Positions 1 through 7,785 of a stretch of 64,000 nt of DNA are shown in pieces. Each line of letters begins with the position of its first letter. Position 1 is the first letter of the stretch. Origin of the DNA: Bryobacterales bacterium (GTDB lineage: Bacteria; Acidobacteriota; Terriglobia; Bryobacterales; Bryobacteraceae); NCBI GenBank assembly GCA_038229055.1, contig JBBROU010000007.1:2101-66100 (forward strand), read 5' to 3'. Both the position numbers and the translations under genes were made by a program. Below the pieces are notes generated by a model. That model was given only the letters and a program-made list of their open reading frames with translations, did not search any database and was not told the origin of the DNA.

Positions 1-1
1 G

Positions 2-277
2 TTGCTGAAGGATATGCAGGGGTTCCAGTTGATCATGAACTTCCTGGTGATGCCGATTTTCTTTCTATCGGGCGCGCTGTTTCCGTTGAAGAATCTGCCG
101 GCCGCGCTTTCGGTGTTGACGCATTTGGATCCGCTCTCATATGGCGTGGACGGGCTGCGAGGCACGCTGATTCATGGATCGTATTTCGGGTTGATGCTGG
201 ACGGCGGAGTTTTGTGTCTGGCGGCGGCGGTGTTCTTGAGTATTGGCACTTACTTCTTTTCACGGATTGAGATTTGA
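2..277 (+). CDS. ABC-2 type transporter permease, C-terminal fragment (gene begins upstream of window)
   Basis: ORF is open at the window edge. Hydrophobic TM-like segments (FQLIMNFLVMPIFFLSGALFP, VLCLAAAVFLSIGTYFF) resemble the last helices of ABC-2 permeases. Its stop overlaps the TTG start of the next gene (TTGA at 274-277). Confidence 0.55.
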   Translation: MLKDMQGFQLIMNFLVMPIFFLSGALFPLKNLPAALSVLTHLDPLSYGVDGLRGTLIHGSYFGLMLDGGVLCLAAAVFLSIGTYFFSRIEI

Positions 278-990
278 GTCGTAAGGGGAAGTCCGCGGAG
301 GGGAGATTGCAGCGCCCGCGCAGCCGGGTGGCGCACGACAAAGTGCTGGATGCGGCGGTGGAGTTGTTTGCGGAGCGGGGTCTTTACGGAACGAGCATCG
401 ACGCGATCGCGTCGGCATCGGGCGTCAGCAAGGCGACGATTTATAAGCACTGGGCGGACAAGGATGCGCTCTGCCTGGAAGCGATCGGGCGCGTGCATGG
501 GCTCGACCGCGAGCGCGCCATAATCGACTCGGGGGATCTGCAACAGGACATCGTCGACTTTCTGAATCACAAGCCTCCGGCGGAGCTTGCCGAGTTGCGC
601 GACCGGCTGATGCCGCACATGATCGCGTATGCGGCGCGCAATGTGGAATTCGGAATTGCGTGGAGGTCGCGACTGATGCAACCGGGGCGTGAGCACGCGA
701 TGGAACTGATGCGGCGCGGGATTGCGCGGGGGCAATTTCCGAAGGATCTGGATATGACCTTGGGCCTGGCGTTACTGATCGGGCCGATGATGTACCGGCA
801 CGTTTTCCGCGACATCGCGCCGCAGCCGGAGAATTTGGCGGAAGGCGTGGCGAAGGCGTTCTGGAGAGCGTTCGCGGTGGGGGATGCGGGTTCGGCGAAG
901 AAGAAGAGTGCGGGTGGCGGGAAGAAAGCGGGCAGGACTGGCGGAGCTCTCCGCGGAGCTGATCTAAGGGAACACGAAAAACGCCCTTAA
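274..990 (+). CDS. TetR/AcrR family transcriptional regulator
   Basis: N-terminal HTH signature VLDAAVELFAERGLYGTSIDAIASASGVSKATIYKHWADKDAL is classic TetR_N. About 238 aa. Coupled to the upstream ABC-2 permease gene. Confidence 0.85.
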   Translation: MSRKGKSAEGRLQRPRSRVAHDKVLDAAVELFAERGLYGTSIDAIASASGVSKATIYKHWADKDALCLEAIGRVHGLDRERAIIDSGDLQQDIVDFLNHKPPAELAELRDRLMPHMIAYAARNVEFGIAWRSRLMQPGREHAMELMRRGIARGQFPKDLDMTLGLALLIGPMMYRHVFRDIAPQPENLAEGVAKAFWRAFAVGDAGSAKKKSAGGGKKAGRTGGALRGADLREHEKRP

Positions 991-1425
991 TGCACCGGGG
1001 ATTTCTAACGGCCACTTGGATGTGCGTTTTCTCGGCGAATCCGGCACCCGGGTAGACGGGCAATCCTTCCGTGAAGATGTTTTGGGCAGATCCAGATCGG
1101 CAGCGCGACTGACTTCCACTAAGCTCCGATACGCGATGCGTACCCAATCCACGCCGCTTGAGGTTGTTAAGTCGAGGCACAAGCCCAACTCGATGACGGC
1201 GCCGATGACAAAGGGCTTTGCGATGCCGGACCCGTGGCGTCTTGACGCCTCTTGCGCGAAGTCGAATCCGCGCTGCGGGTTGGACTCCCAGAAATAAATT
1301 CCAGGACCAAGCCAATCGTAATCGTTATCGCTTAGCTTGAACGGCGCACCAGCTAGCAAGCGTTCTCCGACGTGAAGATCGCATCCGTGATAACCGAGAA
1401 TGAAACTGGAGGATAAGCTGTGCAA
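964..1425 (-). CDS. DUF3990-like / ADP-ribosyltransferase-fold (H-Y-E type) protein, possibly decayed at the 3' end
   Basis: Motifs GYHGC (His), WLGPGIYFWE (Tyr) and VIGAVIELG (Glu) occur in the order and spacing of the H-Y-E ART/DUF3990 fold. The start is TTG. The last ~40 aa are low-complexity (PKTSSRKDCPSTRVPDSPRKRTSKW) and overlap the convergent TetR 3' end by 27 nt. Confidence 0.4.
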   Translation of the reverse strand: MHSLSSSFILGYHGCDLHVGERLLAGAPFKLSDNDYDWLGPGIYFWESNPQRGFDFAQEASRRHGSGIAKPFVIGAVIELGLCLDLTTSSGVDWVRIAYRSLVEVSRAADLDLPKTSSRKDCPSTRVPDSPRKRTSKWPLEIPGALRAFFVFP

Positions 1426-1730
1426 TCGGTCTAGCTATAACGTTTGGTTAGCTTGCCGGATTTGGTATGGATGCCTTCAGCTACCCAGAACTTGACGGGC
1501 ACTCGCTTTGGATTTTGTTGCACGGGCGGTGAAAGCTTTGGCTGCCTTGCGAAATCGCTCGACGGCCTGAGGAGTGCTTAGATCGCCGGCGGCGGGAGAT
1601 TGAGAGGCTCTGCCGTTCACAAGGCTAGAATAGCATCTCAGTTGTGTCTCTGTTCGCTTCCATACGGCCCCACTATCTTTCACGTGTGCGGCGCAAGTTG
1701 GAGACGCTATACTCACGGCGGAGGATCACC

Positions 1731-2015
1731 ATGAGACCGACAATTCTAGCCTTGGTGCTAACTTCGCTGACTCTACCGATCACGTTTGGACAGACTTCGG
1801 CGGGCTCCGGTGGGGCCGCCCAAAATTCGGCCACATCGAGCACCAAACATCATAAGAAACATAAGAGTAAATCGGCTGGCAACGCAACGAGCGCGGATGC
1901 CGCGGCGGCTCATGTCACAAAGAAGAGTAAGACGGATCGCCCGTCCGGGGACACCACAGGGACGGATGCTAGCGAAGCCACGCACAGCACCAAGACTGCG
2001 CCGTTGAAGCCCTGA
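1731..2015 (+). CDS. small secreted low-complexity (Lys/Ser/Thr/Ala-rich) protein
   Basis: ATG at 1731 is preceded by GGAGG (1721-1725). Signal peptide MRPTILALVLTSLTLPITFGQ is followed by a disordered tail containing HHKKHKSKS. The upstream part of the ORF (1644-1730) lacks an RBS and looks non-coding. Confidence 0.4.
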   Translation: MRPTILALVLTSLTLPITFGQTSAGSGGAAQNSATSSTKHHKKHKSKSAGNATSADAAAAHVTKKSKTDRPSGDTTGTDASEATHSTKTAPLKP

Positions 2016-2046
2016 TCGTTGTCGGCACAGAAGCAAACGCGGAACG

Positions 2047-2247
2047 CTAGCTGGCTATTGGTTGTTCCAGGCTACTGCTCAAGTACTCCAAGATTTCGCG
2101 CTCGCGCTGCTGAATTTCGGGTAGTATCGGTTGGGCGAGCCGTAGATAATCCCCCGGCGGACGCACCATGCGCGTCTCCAGCAAAATTCTGCTTAGATTA
2201 CCTACACACTGCTGCGCAAGCAGCATCTGATCGTCTGTCTCGATCAC
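2047..2247 (-). CDS. hypothetical small protein (66 aa)
   Basis: ORF lies immediately downstream of pepA on the same strand. Predicted helical (…LPEIQQREREILEYL). No family recognised. Confidence 0.25.
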   Translation of the reverse strand: MIETDDQMLLAQQCVGNLSRILLETRMVRPPGDYLRLAQPILPEIQQREREILEYLSSSLEQPIAS

Positions 2248-2283
2248 GCTAGCTCCAGTTCTACGATACCGATGGGGGTGCCT

Positions 2284-3735
2284 TCAGTCGTGCCAGGTCA
2301 TGGCTAAATTCACGAAGCTGCGCAATGGGGTGCCGGTGGGGCCTTTGGCCATGTGCGGCTTGGCGTCGTCGAGCCAGGCGGTGCCGGCGATGTCGAGGTG
2401 CACCCAGGGGGTTCCGTCGGTGAACTCGCGCAGGAACATCGCGGCCGTGATGGCTCCGCCGTAACGGGCTCCGCTGATGTTAGGAATGTCGGCGAAGTCG
2501 CTCTTCAGCATGGCGCGGTATTCCTCGTCCATCGGCATCGCCCACATCTTTTCGCCTTCGGCTTTGGCGGCGCGGAGCCAGCGCTGCTGGAGGCTTTCAT
2601 CATTCGAGAAGACGCCCGCGTTGATGGTGCCGAGGGCGACGGCGACGGCCCCGGTTAGCGTTGCGGCGTCGACGAGATGAGTGCAGCCGAGTTGCTTGGC
2701 ATAGGTCATGGCGTCGGCGAGAATCAGGCGGCCCTCGGCGTCGGTATTGAGGACCTCGATGGTCTTGCCAGACATCGACTTGACGATGTCGCCGGGGCGC
2801 TGGGCGCGGCTGCCGGGCATGTTTTCCACGGTCGGGATGAGCGCCGTCACGGGGATGTGCGGCTTCAACTGCGCGATGGCTTGCATGGCTCCGAGCACGG
2901 CGGCGCCGCCGGCCATGTCGTACTTCATCTTGTCCATGTTGTCCGAAGGCTTGATGGAGATTCCGCCGGTGTCGAACGTAACGCCTTTGCCGATGAGGGC
3001 GAGGTGCGCCTTCGACTTTGATGCCTGCGCGGGTTTGTAATGGAGCACGATGAGAGCCGGCGGCGCGTCGCTGCCCATGGCAACGCCGAGCAGGGCGCCC
3101 ATGCCGAGCTCTTTCATGCGCGGCTCTTCGAGGATGTCGCACTCCAGGCCGTACTGCGCGGCCATTTTGCGCGCGGTATCGGCGAGCGCCAGGGGAGTCA
3201 GCTTGTTGGGCGGCTCATTGGCGACCTCGCGGGCATAATTTTGAGCGTCGCCGAGGATGCGGCCTTTTTCTAGCGCCGCGGCGAGCTCGCCGCTGTCGGG
3301 AACTGCCAGGGCGAAGCGTTCGACGGGCTTGAGGGTACGCTCGCTCTTGTTATGATCGGGCTCGAAATCGCCGAGGAGGGCGCCCTCGACGGCGGCGCTG
3401 ACGAACTCAGGGGCGGCGAACCGGTCGAGAACGAGGGTGATTTTGCGCGACGCCTTTTTGAGATGGCGGACGGCAATGGCGACGGACTTGCGCATCTCAG
3501 CGGTATCGAACTTTTCGGCCTTCCCCGCTCCGACGATGGCGACGCGGGTGGCGGCGAAATCGGGGACGTGGTGGAGGACGGTGATCTCACCGGATTTGCC
3601 GCAGATCTCGCCGCAATCGCGGAGAGCCTGATAGCGCTCGCCGCCGATGGGGCTGGGGAGGCCTTCGAATTCAAAGAAGACTAACGCGTCGGCCGCCGCC
3701 TGGGCAATAGGCCCGGTTTCCAGAACGATTTCCAT
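2284..3735 (-). CDS. pepA: leucyl aminopeptidase (M17 family)
   Basis: M17 signature NTDAEGRLILAD, plus VTFDTGGISIKP and MKYDMAGGAAV metal/active-site blocks. 483 aa. Confidence 0.95.
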   Translation of the reverse strand: MEIVLETGPIAQAAADALVFFEFEGLPSPIGGERYQALRDCGEICGKSGEITVLHHVPDFAATRVAIVGAGKAEKFDTAEMRKSVAIAVRHLKKASRKITLVLDRFAAPEFVSAAVEGALLGDFEPDHNKSERTLKPVERFALAVPDSGELAAALEKGRILGDAQNYAREVANEPPNKLTPLALADTARKMAAQYGLECDILEEPRMKELGMGALLGVAMGSDAPPALIVLHYKPAQASKSKAHLALIGKGVTFDTGGISIKPSDNMDKMKYDMAGGAAVLGAMQAIAQLKPHIPVTALIPTVENMPGSRAQRPGDIVKSMSGKTIEVLNTDAEGRLILADAMTYAKQLGCTHLVDAATLTGAVAVALGTINAGVFSNDESLQQRWLRAAKAEGEKMWAMPMDEEYRAMLKSDFADIPNISGARYGGAITAAMFLREFTDGTPWVHLDIAGTAWLDDAKPHMAKGPTGTPLRSFVNLAMTWHD

Positions 3736-3744
3736 GATATTTGA

Positions 3745-4221
3745 TTATCCTCGCGCCTTGCGATCGCGGATGGCGGCGCGGGCTTCCGCTTCAGCGGTTT
3801 TGGCGCGCTCAGTCTCGCGTTTGTCGTGCAGTTTCTTGCCGCGGCCGACGGCGAATTCCACCTTGAGCTTGCCCTTTTTGAGATAGACCTTGGTGGGGAC
3901 GAGCGCCAGGCCCTTTTCGCGGGTGATGCCGAGCAGCTTATCGATCTCGCGGCGGTGCAGCAATAGCTTGCGGCTGCGCACAGGCACGTGGTTTTCGCGG
4001 TTGCCATGCGAGTACTCGCTGATGTGGGCGTTGTTGAGCCAGGCCTCGTTCTTTTCGACCGAGGCATAGCTCTCGCGAAGCTGCATTTTCCCGGCCTTGA
4101 TGGCTTTGACCTCGGTGCCCGTGAGGACCATACCGGCTTCGAACTTTTCAAGGAGGAAGTAATTGTGCCCGGCGGCGCGATTTTCGCTTAAGATTTTGAA
4201 TTCGGGATACTTATCGGCCAA
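3745..4221 (-). CDS. smpB: SsrA-binding protein SmpB
   Basis: [31 protein letters not shown]…[11 protein letters not shown]…[24 protein letters not shown] is canonical SmpB. 158 aa. Confidence 0.95.
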   Translation of the reverse strand: MADKYPEFKILSENRAAGHNYFLLEKFEAGMVLTGTEVKAIKAGKMQLRESYASVEKNEAWLNNAHISEYSHGNRENHVPVRSRKLLLHRREIDKLLGITREKGLALVPTKVYLKKGKLKVEFAVGRGKKLHDKRETERAKTAEAEARAAIRDRKARG

Positions 4222-4266
4222 CTTTTGCTCTCAACGCGCACCAGCAGTGCAGCGTCAGTAAATTAG

Positions 4267-6855
4267 ATGATAATCCAGTTCCCGGCGCGGCCGCACGCCC
4301 GTTCCGCCGATTTGAGCCGCCCGATCGCACTCCTTCTCATCCTGACTTTAATAGGTTTGACGGTGCCGCCGTTGCCGGCGCGCAATCGGAAGGGCGATAA
4401 GTTTCTGGCGCAGGGCAAGGCAGCCGAAGCGCGCGAGGACTGGGACAAGGCGCTGCAGTTCGACGAGCAGGCGCTGAGCGAAGATCCATCCGATGCGGGG
4501 TACCAACTGGATATGCGGCGGATGCGGTTTCAGACCGCGGCGTATCACGTGAAGAACGGACAGAAGATCCGTACCAAGGGACAGCTTGCGCAGGCGCTGG
4601 CGGAGTTCGAGCGGGCGTATGCGATAGACCCTTCGTCCGATATCGCCGAGCAGGAGGTTCACCGCACCAAGGTGATGATCGATCGCGAAAAGAGGAAACC
4701 GGCGGCGCGGCCCGAGGGGCAGACCGACCAGGAAGCGGCGGAGGAGAGGGGCATGACGCCCGCGCAGGTAGCGAAAAAGGATGCCGACGCGCGCTTCGAA
4801 TCGCTGCTGCCGCTGCCCGAGTTGCGTCCGTTGACGGCGGCGCCGATCAATCTCAAGATGAACAATCAGAAGCCTCGGGTGTTATTCGAGACCGTGGGCA
4901 AGCTGGCGGGCATCAACGTTCTGTTCGATCCGGAGTACGAAGCGCAGAACCAGACCAAGCCGCAATCGATCGACTTCAACGGCTCGACGCTGGAGCAATC
5001 TCTGGACTATCTGGCGGTGGTGACGAAATCGTACTGGAAGGCGCTGTCGAGCAATACGATTTTCGTGACGCTGGACAATCCGACGAAGCTGCGCGAATAC
5101 CAGGAGCAGGTAGTCAAGACGTTTTATCTGTCGAATGTTACGACGCCGCAGGAATTGCAGGAAATCATCACGACGCTGCGGACGGTGGTCGAGATCACGA
5201 AGATCTTCAACTACACGTCGCAGAACGCGCTGGTGGTGCGGGCGGAAGCGGACCGGATGGCGCTGGCCGAGAAGATTATCGCCGACCTGGATAAACCGCG
5301 TTCGGAGGTGGTGATCGACGTGATGGTGATGGAGGTGAACAGCGTGCACACGCGCAACCTGGCGGCGGCGTTTGCTCCGCAAGGGATTAACTCGAACATC
5401 CTTTTCACGCCTCGGCAGAGTATCCAGACGCTGGCGAGTTCGCTGGGCACGGGGACAACGTCTGGAACCGGGACAGGAACGAATATCGGGAATACCGGAA
5501 TTGGAAGTGGAACTGGAATCGGCACGGGTAACGGCACCGGCACGGGCACCGGCAATACCACAACATCGAGCGCACCGATCCCGCTGGTGAATCTGAGGCA
5601 CATCAGCACGAAGGATTATTCCATCAGCAACGTGCCGGGCGGGCTGCTGGAGGCATTGCTGAATGACCGGGGCACGCGAGTTCTGCAATCTCCATCGCTT
5701 CGCGCAGTGGACAACATGAAGGCCGTACTGAAGATCGGCGATAAGGTACCGACGGCATCGGGCAGCTTTCAGCCGGGAATCGGCGGGGTGGGAATTAATC
5801 CGCTGGTGAATACGCAGTTTACGTTCCTGGACACGGGCGTAAATCTGGAGATCACGCCAAAGGTTCACGACAACGGCGAAGTTTCACTGCACGTTGACAT
5901 CAACATTTCGCAGGTAAAGGACAGGATCGACCTGGGCGGTATCTCGCAACCGATTATCGGCTCGCGCACGGCGACGCTGGACGTTCGCCTGAAGGATGGC
6001 CAGGCCAACTTGTTGGGCGGGCTGATTCAGAATCAGGACACCAAGACCGTGTCGGGCATTCCGGGACTGGCGAACATTCCAATTCTGCGGCGGCTGTTCA
6101 CCAGTGAGCTAGCCGAGAAAGACATGACCGAATTGCTGATCGTGCTGATCCCGCACATAGTGCGCGGGCCCGACTTGAGCGATCTGAACATGAAGGGCAT
6201 CGCGGCGGGCAACCAGACCACGGTGAAGCTGAGTTACGCACCGCGCAAGGCGGCGGCGGCACCGGAGCCGGGAACGACGGCGGAATTGCCGGGCGCGACG
6301 ATGGTTCCGGGCGCTCCGATTTCCGGACCTCCGGCAACAGCGCCGGCCGTAACTCCACCGGCACCCGGCATAACTCCACCGATTGCTGGGCCGCCGGCTA
6401 CGGCGCCCCCACAGGACAAGACGCCAACTACGCCATCGGGCAATGTGCGTGTATCTTTCGCGCCTGCGCAGATCGACACGCAGGTGAATTTCGCATCCAC
6501 GGTGAATGTGCAGGTGGATAATGCAACGGATCTGCAATCGGTGGAAGCGCAGTTGAAGTACGATCCGAAGGTTCTGCGGATCAACAGCATCTCGGCGGGC
6601 GATGTTCTGCAGCGAACGGGGCCGCCACTGGCGCCGTCACTGAATATTCTGAACGATTCGGGCGACGCTTCGTTCAGCATGGCGCGCGCTTCGGATCAAG
6701 GCGGCGTGACCGGGGGCGGCGGGCTGATCACGATTGTATTTCAGGCCATCGGGAAAGGCACGTCAACGATCTCATTCCAGAGCTTGACGCTGAAGAGCTC
6801 AGGAGGGCAAGCGATTGCCACGAGCATGCCGGCGCTCGTCGTCAACGTCAAATAA
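4267..6855 (+). CDS. secretin (GspD/PilQ family) with N-terminal TPR region and C-terminal cohesin-like domain
   Basis: The secretin core runs from VLQSPSLRAVDNMKAVLKIGDKVP to GIPGLANIPILRRLF and ELLIVLIPHIV. TPR-like repeats follow the signal/anchor. A Gly-Thr low-complexity insert lies at roughly nt 5445-5565. A Pro-rich linker leads to a cohesin-like block: VNVQVDNATDLQSVEAQLKYDPKVLRINSISAGDVL. Confidence 0.85.
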   Translation: MIIQFPARPHARSADLSRPIALLLILTLIGLTVPPLPARNRKGDKFLAQGKAAEAREDWDKALQFDEQALSEDPSDAGYQLDMRRMRFQTAAYHVKNGQKIRTKGQLAQALAEFERAYAIDPSSDIAEQEVHRTKVMIDREKRKPAARPEGQTDQEAAEERGMTPAQVAKKDADARFESLLPLPELRPLTAAPINLKMNNQKPRVLFETVGKLAGINVLFDPEYEAQNQTKPQSIDFNGSTLEQSLDYLAVVTKSYWKALSSNTIFVTLDNPTKLREYQEQVVKTFYLSNVTTPQELQEIITTLRTVVEITKIFNYTSQNALVVRAEADRMALAEKIIADLDKPRSEVVIDVMVMEVNSVHTRNLAAAFAPQGINSNILFTPRQSIQTLASSLGTGTTSGTGTGTNIGNTGIGSGTGIGTGNGTGTGTGNTTTSSAPIPLVNLRHISTKDYSISNVPGGLLEALLNDRGTRVLQSPSLRAVDNMKAVLKIGDKVPTASGSFQPGIGGVGINPLVNTQFTFLDTGVNLEITPKVHDNGEVSLHVDINISQVKDRIDLGGISQPIIGSRTATLDVRLKDGQANLLGGLIQNQDTKTVSGIPGLANIPILRRLFTSELAEKDMTELLIVLIPHIVRGPDLSDLNMKGIAAGNQTTVKLSYAPRKAAAAPEPGTTAELPGATMVPGAPISGPPATAPAVTPPAPGITPPIAGPPATAPPQDKTPTTPSGNVRVSFAPAQIDTQVNFASTVNVQVDNATDLQSVEAQLKYDPKVLRINSISAGDVLQRTGPPLAPSLNILNDSGDASFSMARASDQGGVTGGGGLITIVFQAIGKGTSTISFQSLTLKSSGGQAIATSMPALVVNVK

Positions 6856-6858
6856 GGT

Positions 6859-7341
6859 ATGAGGCACCTGGATAAACGGCGGGATACACGACGAGGGCTC
6901 ACGCTGGTCGAGCTGATTGTGGCGTTCACGATCATGCTGCTGCTGAGCACGATGGCGATCCCGCTGGCGCGGTCGCGCGTGCGCCGGAACAAGGAGCACG
7001 ATCTGCGGATCGCGCTGCGCGAGGTCCGCACGGCGATCGACAAATATAAAGACATGGCCGACACGGGCAAGCTGGGCATCCAGAAGCAGGACGCGAATGG
7101 TTATCCCGAGAAGCTGGAATTGCTGGTGGAAGGCGTCAAGGGATCGGGGACGAATGCCGACACCAAATTGAAATTCCTGCGGCGCATTCCGAAGGATCCG
7201 TTCACCAATTCGACCGACTGGGGCAAGCGCAGCATGCAGGACGATCCGAAATCCGCGGGCTGGGGCGGGCAGAATGTGTTCGACGTTTATACCAAGACAT
7301 CCGAAAAGGCATCCGATGGAACAGCTTACTCGGACTGGTAG
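6859..7341 (+). CDS. type II secretion / type IV pilin-like pseudopilin (GspG-like)
   Basis: Prepilin-type N-terminal motif RRGLTLVELIVAFTIMLLLS. C-terminus …VFDVYTKTSEKASDGTAYSDW is paralogous to the next gene. Confidence 0.8.
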   Translation: MRHLDKRRDTRRGLTLVELIVAFTIMLLLSTMAIPLARSRVRRNKEHDLRIALREVRTAIDKYKDMADTGKLGIQKQDANGYPEKLELLVEGVKGSGTNADTKLKFLRRIPKDPFTNSTDWGKRSMQDDPKSAGWGGQNVFDVYTKTSEKASDGTAYSDW

Positions 7342-7351
7342 GCGCGGGGCG

Positions 7352-7753
7352 GTGTCGCGCCGCAGGTTCGTGAGCGGCGGGTTCACGCTGATCGAGCTGA
7401 TGATCGTGATGGCGATCATCGTGATCATTATTTCGATCTCGGTGCCGTATTATCAGAAGTCGATTCAGCGGGCCAAGGAGAGCGTACTGCGCAATAACCT
7501 CTTCACGATGCGCAACGTGATCGACGAATATAGCTACGACAAGCAGAAGGCGCCGCAGACGCTGGATGACCTGGTAAAAGAAGGGTATCTGCGGGAGATA
7601 CCGCGCGACCCGATCACGGGGAATAATACGTCGTGGAAGATCATCATGGAAGATCCGGGACAGAGTTTGAATCAGACTGAGCCGGGGATTTTCGATGTGC
7701 GGAGCGGGTCGGATAAGACGAGTCTGGACGGGACGGCGTTCGCGGAGTGGTGA
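7352..7753 (+). CDS. type II secretion pseudopilin (GspG-like), tandem paralog
   Basis: Motif GGFTLIELMIVMAIIVIIISI. C-terminus IFDVRSGSDKTSLDGTAFAEW. I chose the GTG at 7352, just after the upstream stop. ATG 7316 and the ORF-track start 7274 would overlap the previous gene. Confidence 0.75.
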   Translation: MSRRRFVSGGFTLIELMIVMAIIVIIISISVPYYQKSIQRAKESVLRNNLFTMRNVIDEYSYDKQKAPQTLDDLVKEGYLREIPRDPITGNNTSWKIIMEDPGQSLNQTEPGIFDVRSGSDKTSLDGTAFAEW

Positions 7754-7785
7754 GGAGGGGAGAAGAAGCGCGATAAAATGCGGGT

